NCBI GenBank assembly: GCA_048886185.1
Contig: JBHLKY010000010.1
Span: 168,526 to 200,525 of the forward strand
Direction: 5' to 3'
DNA length: 32,000 nucleotides
Origin: Candidatus Hermodarchaeota archaeon
Lineage (GTDB): Archaea; Asgardarchaeota; Heimdallarchaeia; Hodarchaeales; Hodarchaeaceae
The notes under the pieces are model-generated. The model had not been told where the DNA came from. It did not search any database and saw only the letters and a list, made by a program, of their open reading frames with translations. How positions within the stretch are numbered: position 1 is the stretch's first letter; each line of letters begins with the position of its first letter. Position numbers and translations under genes: made by a program. Shown here in pieces: positions 19,433 to 26,672 of the stretch.

Positions 19433-21160
19433 TTATAGAAATCCCCCAAGAGTGAATGTATCTGCAATGATCCATGCGATGATTAAAGTATTAAAGAGAG
19501 CTCCTGATCCAGTGGAACGAGTTAATCTATAAAACCATTCTGTAAAAATTGAAGGAATTAAGATAACAGGAATAATACCCCATAAAAACTCTAGAATGAG
19601 TCCTAAAAATCCTGGTACAATTTTTTGGTTAAACAGGAATAATGGAGCATAGAGTATTATGAGGATAAATATAAAAGGGGCTATTTTTACGCCTACAATC
19701 TTGAAAAATGTTAATATTGACGATTTTATATCTTCTCCCTCTCGATTATGAAAATATTCATAGAAGAATAAACCATCAGCATAAAAATTGAATATTAAGA
19801 ATGGTACGAATATAAAAAAGATGAATAAACGTGAGATAGGTAATAAATCTCCAAATAGCGGAGTTAGAATCTGAAAATTTATCCTAAAGACTGTTTTTAT
19901 GGAAATACTAGTAAAATAAATTATAACGATTAAAAATGTTACAATTAGTATCTCTCGTCTGTTAAGCGAGATTTTAACTTTTTCTTTTATATTTGGGACA
20001 ATTTTAGTAAGTTTAGGAAGAAAATATCTAATCAATATCAGCCCTAACACTCCCCATATGAATAACCACCAGACAAGTGAAGTTCCAAATAGTAAGGGCG
20101 GGAAAGGAATGAAAAAACCAATCATCATCATAGGTAGAAATAGAACGGCCCCGAGACAGCTCCAAAGAAGCAATATCTTCCAGTTTTCATGAAACAATTC
20201 ATCCTTCTTTTTGAGGTCTCTTTGGGGAACATCAAAGAAAGCATTTAATATTACAGAAAAGCTACAAATAAATCCGATAAACGCAATAAAACCACCAATA
20301 ATCGCAAGGTCCCTTATAATAAAAAGAAAGTCTGAGGAAGATAGTTGAACATGAGTTGGAGGATTGAGAGTACGCCCCATCCATTGGATAATTTCAGAAA
20401 CAATTAGAGGATCGAATGTTTCTGCAAGATGTATAGTCGATGTTAAGACAAGCTTACGAGCAGTATTTGTAGAGAAACTGCCATACTGAACATTTGGCTC
20501 TACCATCCCATCAGTACTAAACACAGGGGCTAAAGTCTCTCTTATTGAAGGTATATCAAATAGAATATCTTGAGTACCTATAGCAATTAGGAGATTTTTT
20601 GGAAAAGTTGCATTAATTACCCCATAAGCCACATCCTCAACCATCTCTCCTAATCCCCCACCAATTAAAACTGTAGCACTGATATTACCATGACTGATAC
20701 TTGTAGCACGTACTGCCCCTGCTCCAAGACTGTGACCAGCAAGACCTATAGCTGAGCTATTCACGTAAGGGCGGGATTCTAAATATCGGACTGCTGCTAA
20801 AATTCCCAAAGTCGCATCATTAGTAGAGCCAAAAGATCCTCCTGAATTACCATGACCTATTTCATCAACTGCCAAAGATATAATCCCTCTACGACTGAGC
20901 TCCAAAGCAATTCCAGTTACATATTCCTTGGAGCTCCCAATTCCATGTGTTAGAATTACCGCGGGATAAGGAGTCATTGGAGAAACACTTTTTGGCTTAT
21001 ATATTATCCCACTAAGTCGAATTCCATTATGGGGTATTGAAACTGGTTCGACATCTACAGTCCCAAAATTTGAATTCAAGAAACCAGCAGTACCAACACC
21101 AATTAATGAGATAAGTAAGAAAAATATTGAAACTAACAATGCTTTTCGATTAAAGGGCAT
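19433..21160 (-). CDS. Alpha/beta hydrolase with a multi-TM C-terminal domain
   Basis: PAVILTHG, GHGNS, GHSLG nucleophile elbow, GTQD, HLAE; N-terminal signal/TM helix and about 7-8 C-terminal TM helices. Confidence 0.85.
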   Translation of the reverse strand: MPFNRKALLVSIFFLLISLIGVGTAGFLNSNFGTVDVEPVSIPHNGIRLSGIIYKPKSVSPMTPYPAVILTHGIGSSKEYVTGIALELSRRGIISLAVDEIGHGNSGGSFGSTNDATLGILAAVRYLESRPYVNSSAIGLAGHSLGAGAVRATSISHGNISATVLIGGGLGEMVEDVAYGVINATFPKNLLIAIGTQDILFDIPSIRETLAPVFSTDGMVEPNVQYGSFSTNTARKLVLTSTIHLAETFDPLIVSEIIQWMGRTLNPPTHVQLSSSDFLFIIRDLAIIGGFIAFIGFICSFSVILNAFFDVPQRDLKKKDELFHENWKILLLWSCLGAVLFLPMMMIGFFIPFPPLLFGTSLVWWLFIWGVLGLILIRYFLPKLTKIVPNIKEKVKISLNRREILIVTFLIVIIYFTSISIKTVFRINFQILTPLFGDLLPISRLFIFFIFVPFLIFNFYADGLFFYEYFHNREGEDIKSSILTFFKIVGVKIAPFIFILIILYAPLFLFNQKIVPGFLGLILEFLWGIIPVILIPSIFTEWFYRLTRSTGSGALFNTLIIAWIIADTFTLGGFL

Positions 21161-21466
21161 TGTAAAGACTCCTGATTCATGTATAAGTTATTGACATCAT
21201 TAGAAAATCATCTACGAATTATTTTGCATATCGATATAATTATTCTGGATTGTTTTATTTGCCTAAACAAATTTGTAATAGTTAATTTAAACCTAAATAA
21301 GTAATTTCTGTTAATGAGAAAAAAAATAACTTTTAACAACACAATATACCATTTAAGAATAAAAATATATAATCTAAAATTTTTCAATCTAACTGCACTT
21401 AACTGATTCTAGATGACATAAACAAAATTCATAATAATTAAGAGAAATTTTTTCTTTGGTAAATCA

Positions 21467-22693
21467 ATGATACATAAAGGTGCAAACTTCTTGAGTTTTA
21501 AGAGAATTAATACTCGTTCTAATGAACTTTCATCTTTAACTCTTGCTTTTAAAGCTCATAGAAGTCGATTTAAGAGATCATTTCAAATGATTCTTGATCG
21601 GAAGAGTCCTATAGAATTAAAACAATATCCAGATGAATTTCTCAATGCATTCAACAACATAAAATCTCCAGGAGTTGCATTAAAGCATTATTATAGGCTA
21701 ATTTTGTTGTTATTCCTAGCTAAGGATGACTTCACAGATCTGAATAAGAATGAAATAGATATAATATTCAAGGAGGTCGGAGTTGAATTATCCATCGATG
21801 TGTGGAAAAAATTAACAGGGCATTTAAGCAATGATTCTGATAATCTTCTGTACAAAATAAGGTTGGGGAAAGACACCAGATTATTATTTTCCTCTAATAA
21901 AGATTTAATTAAGATAATGACGAGATTATTAACAAATTCTCAATCTATTGAACCTCCTCATGACTATTCATTAGCCATATTTAGTAAATCAGCTCCTAAG
22001 GATAAAAATAACGTTGATTATTGTTTAGATTTTTCTAATTACTTCAAAGAAGGTTTACCATCTGAAGATCAATGGTTAATTATAGAGGACGAATTAACAA
22101 CTACAATTGAAACAATTTATGAAACTCACTTTGAAACAACACTTTTATTAAAAGAGTGTAAGCCTCATCCCTCTCTCTCTTTCATTCTAGGACATTCAGC
22201 TAATTATTTTGAGGGTTTGAAGTTATATATGTATCAGAATGGTCAATATTGGAAATACGAAAAGATAAATGAGAATATTCGTGCCTCTAATCACTGGAAT
22301 ATTTCTACAAAATATAGAAAACCTTTAAATGATGATGAAATTAATGTTTTAATAAGTGTAAGCGATCCAATTATACGATATGCCGAGAAGTATCTTCAAA
22401 AAGATAGAGAGGATACCAAATTCACTGTTCACTTTTCAATTAAACCTGAACCACAAGTAAACAGCATCACCGATCAAGATGATGCACTGAGAAAAGTTGA
22501 TGCTATTTACACGTATCTAACGCGACTTAAAACGAAGATCCCTTATATTAAGGTTCATTTATTTATTTGGGCCCAAGCTGCTTTCATTTCATTACTTGGA
22601 ATGAGACTTTCCTCTGTTGCCCTTGTTCAACTATATGAATTTGATCAAAAAACAGGAAATTTTGAACCTAGCCTATTACTAGATCGTTATTAA
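21467..22693 (+). CDS. SAVED-domain protein with an unassigned (winged-helix-like) N-terminal domain
   Basis: Residues ~166-406 show SAVED hallmarks: LDFSNYF, W, HPSLSFILG, YQNGQYW, VLISVS..I, VHLFIWAQAAFISLLG..L, VQLYEFDQKTGNFEPSLLL. Start uncertain (21467 or 21587). Confidence 0.82.
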   Translation: MIHKGANFLSFKRINTRSNELSSLTLAFKAHRSRFKRSFQMILDRKSPIELKQYPDEFLNAFNNIKSPGVALKHYYRLILLLFLAKDDFTDLNKNEIDIIFKEVGVELSIDVWKKLTGHLSNDSDNLLYKIRLGKDTRLLFSSNKDLIKIMTRLLTNSQSIEPPHDYSLAIFSKSAPKDKNNVDYCLDFSNYFKEGLPSEDQWLIIEDELTTTIETIYETHFETTLLLKECKPHPSLSFILGHSANYFEGLKLYMYQNGQYWKYEKINENIRASNHWNISTKYRKPLNDDEINVLISVSDPIIRYAEKYLQKDREDTKFTVHFSIKPEPQVNSITDQDDALRKVDAIYTYLTRLKTKIPYIKVHLFIWAQAAFISLLGMRLSSVALVQLYEFDQKTGNFEPSLLLDRY

Positions 22694-22847
22694 CAATAAC
22701 TATCAATCAAAATCAATACAATCTTTTTTAGTATTCATTCTAGGCATCTATTTTTTTTTACATGAACTATAACACATATGCCTTAGATAAGGAGATTCTC
22801 ATGATTAAATGCCTATAAATGACATAAAAAAGCTTTCTATTTTTTTT

Positions 22848-22980
22848 GCACTGTATCGCACTTTATTGAACTTGAAATATCTGCTTTATTTTTCTCTATA
22901 AAGAAATTTAACAAAATACTTCTTTGTTTAAAGTATAGAAAGGGTTTTTTCTATAGTACTAAAATTGCACATGTTCGCAC
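22848..22980 (+). promoter_or_regulatory. Pair of GCAC-N6-GCAC direct-repeat boxes (copy A)
   Basis: GCACTGTATCGCAC at 22848-22861 and GCACATGTTCGCAC at 22967-22980, 119 bp apart; both conserved in copy B. Confidence 0.65.
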
Positions 22981-23028
22981 CACTTATTTAAAACCATAAA
23001 ACTTAAATATATTTCTGAATAAGATATA

Positions 23029-23054
23029 TATTGACCTGGAATCATTGGTCAATA
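23029..23054. promoter_or_regulatory. TTGACC-N10-GGTCAA palindrome about 25 nt downstream of a TTAAATA box (copy A)
   Basis: TATTGACC/GGTCAATA arms; same core and spacing in copy B. Confidence 0.65.
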
Positions 23055-23080
23055 CCATTAGATTAATAAAGGTGATAAAC

Positions 23081-23146
23081 ATGGCAGATAAAGAGAAGAA
23101 AACAAAAACAAAAAAACCACGAGCTAAAAAAACAAAGAAGAAATAA
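23081..23146 (+). CDS. 21-aa Lys-rich micropeptide MADKEKKTKTKKPRAKKTKKK (copy A)
   Basis: AAGGTGA RBS 5 nt before the ATG; near-identical paralog at 31325-31387. Confidence 0.75.
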   Translation: MADKEKKTKTKKPRAKKTKKK

Positions 23147-23202
23147 TTTAGCTAAAGAATAGGTGATTTTTAAAATAATTTTTTTTTAAAAGGGTGATTG
23201 AT

Positions 23203-23322
23203 ATGAGAAAGGGACCAAAAAAGAAGCCAATCTATGAAGAAGAAGAAGAGGAAGAAGACTGGGAGGACGAGGACGACGATTGGGACGATGAAGACGAAGA
23301 TTGGGATGAAGAGGATAATTAA
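23203..23322 (+). CDS. 39-aa basic-head / acidic Trp-repeat micropeptide MRKGPKKKPIYEEEEEEEDWEDEDDDWDDEDEDWDEEDN (copy A)
   Basis: GGGTGA RBS 6 nt before the ATG; paralog at 31159-31272 with synonymous changes and only in-frame indels. Confidence 0.8.
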   Translation: MRKGPKKKPIYEEEEEEEDWEDEDDDWDDEDEDWDEEDN

Positions 23323-23341
23323 TCGTTTTAAAATTTTACTT

Positions 23342-23379
23342 GAGGTGAAATTTCCCCTTTATTAGGGGAACTCCACCTC
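23342..23379 (+). terminator. 3' hairpin of module copy A (terminator/stability element)
   Basis: GAGGTG/CACCTC outer stem and TTCCCCT/AGGGGAA inner stem with a TTATT loop, between convergent genes. Confidence 0.6.
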
Positions 23380-23403
23380 TATTTCTTAAATACATACACT
23401 AGC

Positions 23404-24246
23404 TTATAAATGGTCTTCAAGCCATTCCTTCAAATCTATTAAAACTTGGTTACGACCAGGTTGTGGTTCGTTATAAACTTCGTGATATAATCCTTCATAA
23501 TATTTTAGCTGTTTATCAGAAACCGTTATGTATGAAAACAGCTTTACCGGGTCAAGAGTGAGTTTGTCAAGTTTTCCGGATTGAACAAGGATAGGGAGTT
23601 GGATTTTTGATAATGATTCAGGAAGCTTTTTGCTGACCTTCAGATATTCTGCTCCAAGACGATAAGTTACAAATGTAAATACTAATGGATCGTTCTTGTA
23701 GGCTTCAACGACTTTAGGATCACTAGAAATATCGTCAGCTAAGTTAGTATTGACCTTTCCTTTCGGTCTAATTTTTGACAATAGTCCTGAGAGTAGGACT
23801 ACTAATGGATTAACCTTACTTGTGGCAGGATAGCCAAATCCTGAGAAAATAACTCCTTTTAGCTCCTTGGAATATTTAATTGCATACTCAATAGCAATTA
23901 TAACACCCATTGAGTGACCTAACAAGAAAAGCGGAACATTTACCTGTTCTTCCTTGATAAGATGAGTAAATTTCTTTGCATCCTGAGAATAGTCGTTAAA
24001 ACTATTCACATAACCCCTTATGCCCTCTGATTTTCCATGGCCCCGTAGATCATTACAGTAGACAATAAAATTATTTGGTACCAAGGAATTTACCACGTTC
24101 ATGTATCGAGAACTATGTTCTGCTAATCCATGCACAATCTGAAGAATAGCTTTCGGTTTTCCATCTGGTTCCCATACTTGATAATATAAATTGAGGCCAT
24201 CATCAGTTGTAAAATGATCGTCTCTATGTTTCATGATTCTTCCCAT
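23404..24246 (-). CDS. Lysophospholipase / monoacylglycerol lipase-like alpha/beta hydrolase
   Basis: IVHGLAEHSSRY, DLRGHGKS, GHSMG, GKLD, YHEVYNE. Confidence 0.92.
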   Translation of the reverse strand: MGRIMKHRDDHFTTDDGLNLYYQVWEPDGKPKAILQIVHGLAEHSSRYMNVVNSLVPNNFIVYCNDLRGHGKSEGIRGYVNSFNDYSQDAKKFTHLIKEEQVNVPLFLLGHSMGVIIAIEYAIKYSKELKGVIFSGFGYPATSKVNPLVVLLSGLLSKIRPKGKVNTNLADDISSDPKVVEAYKNDPLVFTFVTYRLGAEYLKVSKKLPESLSKIQLPILVQSGKLDKLTLDPVKLFSYITVSDKQLKYYEGLYHEVYNEPQPGRNQVLIDLKEWLEDHL

Positions 24247-24671
24247 ATCCTGCTTTTCAAAATAATTGAAAAAACAATTGGTATAATTATTTACTCTCTG
24301 ATTTTCCCCTTAGTATATTTTTCTTAATCTTGTTAAAATACTTTCAATCGACCCCTAAGTTTCCCTAATTGTGAAATTTCTGCTATTTTTTATCTTTCTT
24401 AAAGGAAAATAAGAAATGATTACAGTAAATAGAATTCTCCAAAATAAATATGGGGGAAATAAAGCTCATCAGATTTGACGTTCCTTCATACCTTTTTATT
24501 TTTGGAAAATGCTAGAGATCAGGATTTTATCAGAATTTTTGATATTAATTAGTCTGTAAAATATTCTGAAAGTATTAGAGATGATATTTCGAATATTGAG
24601 AATTAAAAGATGGAGTTAACTCTTTTGTAAAACTATATAAATACCTAAATTGTAGCGAACTAGATCTTAAC

Positions 24672-25496
24672 ATGCAATCTGATATGTTTAATTTTCCTGT
24701 AGAAATAAAAAAGCTTGATTGGCCATTTAATTCTAATTTTAATGAAAATGAGGTTCGACAACTGCTTAATGAATTTGGAGGAACTGCACAATATCAAGTG
24801 AAGGAAGCTCATTTTAATTTCTATGAATTTTCTCGTATAAGCTTAAGCCTCAGTCAACCTGCTATTGTACTCTTTCTACCAGAAAAAGGTTATTATTCTA
24901 TTAAACCATTTGCTTACCCTCCAGCAATCACCCTTTCTTTGAAAAAACCTCCAATAAACTTAGCAAATTATCATCGAATGAGAATTCAACACTTAATCCA
25001 TTCTCTTGGAGAGCATTTCCCCGAAACAGAAATGTTAGAATCAAAATCTGGAGATCTTCTAATAATTTTTCAAAAATTCTTATTTTATCCAATCTGTCAG
25101 TTCAACACGATTCAACAAATCAGCCAATTAATCGAAATTCTTTGGTTAGCATCTAGAGCCAGGATATTACTCGATTATAATCAAAGCCATTGGCTAGTCT
25201 CAGAAGTGGAATACATCTACTATGTGGACACAGATTACATCGGACACTCATATATTGACCTTGATAGGTGTCTTTTTGAAAATTTGAATCAATCACTCGC
25301 TTTTTTTACATCAGAAAATGTTGGTTTACTACCTCTAGCCATTGATAATTTTTCTGAAAGTGATGAAACTCAAACGCGTTTTGTCAATAGATTAAAAAAA
25401 GCTCTAAAGAAATTAATAGAAAACTGGGATATTGGAAAGTTGTCGGAAGAGAATAAACGGAAATTAGAAGTGTTTAACAAGATTGTTCAGGCCTAA
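24672..25496 (+). CDS. Hypothetical protein, possibly a divergent protein-kinase-like fold
   Basis: 274-aa ORF; LLDYNQSHWLV...YYVDTD loosely matches the DxxxxN(ilv)...iD kinase motifs. Confidence 0.6.
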   Translation: MQSDMFNFPVEIKKLDWPFNSNFNENEVRQLLNEFGGTAQYQVKEAHFNFYEFSRISLSLSQPAIVLFLPEKGYYSIKPFAYPPAITLSLKKPPINLANYHRMRIQHLIHSLGEHFPETEMLESKSGDLLIIFQKFLFYPICQFNTIQQISQLIEILWLASRARILLDYNQSHWLVSEVEYIYYVDTDYIGHSYIDLDRCLFENLNQSLAFFTSENVGLLPLAIDNFSESDETQTRFVNRLKKALKKLIENWDIGKLSEENKRKLEVFNKIVQA

Positions 25497-25800
25497 CATT
25501 TTTAGTGTCAATAGCGAGTAATTGAGCTCAATTATTCTTTAGTTTATTTATTGAAGTAAAAGGAAGACGCACAGAACTGTCTGCATTTTTAATCATCTAG
25601 TTCCTTAAGCTTTTAAGAATAGTATAATATATATAATTTCTCTTAATCCTGTATTATTGAAATTTTAGTCTTTTCTTTTCCAAAATTTACCATTTGTTCT
25701 TCCCTGTGAACTTTACAGCTGTGAACATTTTATTGTTTTCATAATCTTTTAAAGATAGGATCTCATTGGCTATATACCCCTTATTATGATCTCACTATGA

Positions 25801-26358
25801 ATGTTGGTTAATCAAATGCTTGATACGAATGAAACTGTAGGAGTCCACTTGGAAGGATTTGCCTTTGGAATGACTGATGGGATTATATGCTTTCTTGGAA
25901 TAATTATCGGAGTAGCTCAGGCAACACGGGATCCTAAGATGGTTATAATTGCTGGTATAGTTGGTGGTATTGCGGATGCTTTTGGTAACTCCATAGGTTT
26001 CCTTATCTCCCAGATAACTGAACAAAGTATTCAAATGCATCAAAAAGAGGATTTAGGACAAGAAGTTCGGATTCATAGTCAAGGAGAAGTAATATTTAGT
26101 GGCATATTCTCTTTTATTGCGACAATCATAACCTTAGTATTGCTTATCGGACCATATTTCTTCATCGATGATTTCTATCTAGCTATGTTTGTTACATTTA
26201 TTTTAGGAGTATTGTCACTATTCCTCTTAGGTAGGTATGTGGCTAAGATTAGCAAGAAAGATCAGTTAAAAATGGGTTTATTATATGCAATAATAGGGAT
26301 AACAGGTGCAATTTTCGCTTTTATGATTGGAAGTTTGTTAAATCAGATTATTCAATAA
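25801..26358 (+). CDS. VIT1/CCC1-family metal (Fe/Mn) transporter
   Basis: FGMTDGII, AGIVGGIADAFGNSIGFLISQITE; about 5 TM segments. Confidence 0.85.
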   Translation: MLVNQMLDTNETVGVHLEGFAFGMTDGIICFLGIIIGVAQATRDPKMVIIAGIVGGIADAFGNSIGFLISQITEQSIQMHQKEDLGQEVRIHSQGEVIFSGIFSFIATIITLVLLIGPYFFIDDFYLAMFVTFILGVLSLFLLGRYVAKISKKDQLKMGLLYAIIGITGAIFAFMIGSLLNQIIQ

Positions 26359-26672
26359 TCTTAAACGGTTTAATCTGAAGTTTTATAAAATAAGGATTAA
26401 AATTACCAAAAAATTAACTAAAAGCTTCAATAGGATCTATATTATGTAAGGTAATTGTACCGTCGTAATTTAAAAAAGTCAATATTTCTATAATATCCAT
26501 GACCCTTTCCTCAGATTGAGGTGCTTTTGATTCCTTTTTCATTTGATCGTCATTTAGAACATGGATTTCTTTCTTTATAAATTTAATTAAATGGAATTCA
26601 GAAAAAATTCACTTGACAGATATTGACACATTAAGATAACAATAAGAAGTAAGCAAGATTTTAAAGATTCAA

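Larger units (their letters stand above)
22750..23383 (+). repeat. Copy A of a ~650-bp duplicated micropeptide module
   Basis: Aligns by eye with the reverse complement of ~31074-31730 along its whole length (e.g. TAT(G/A)CCTTAGAT, ATTTTTCTCT, TTTAAAGTAT, both ORFs, terminal CACCTCTATT). Confidence 0.9.

Noticed and set aside
21691-26043. Minus-strand track ORFs 21691-21876 and 25795-26043
   Set aside because: Antisense to the SAVED and VIT1/CCC1 genes.
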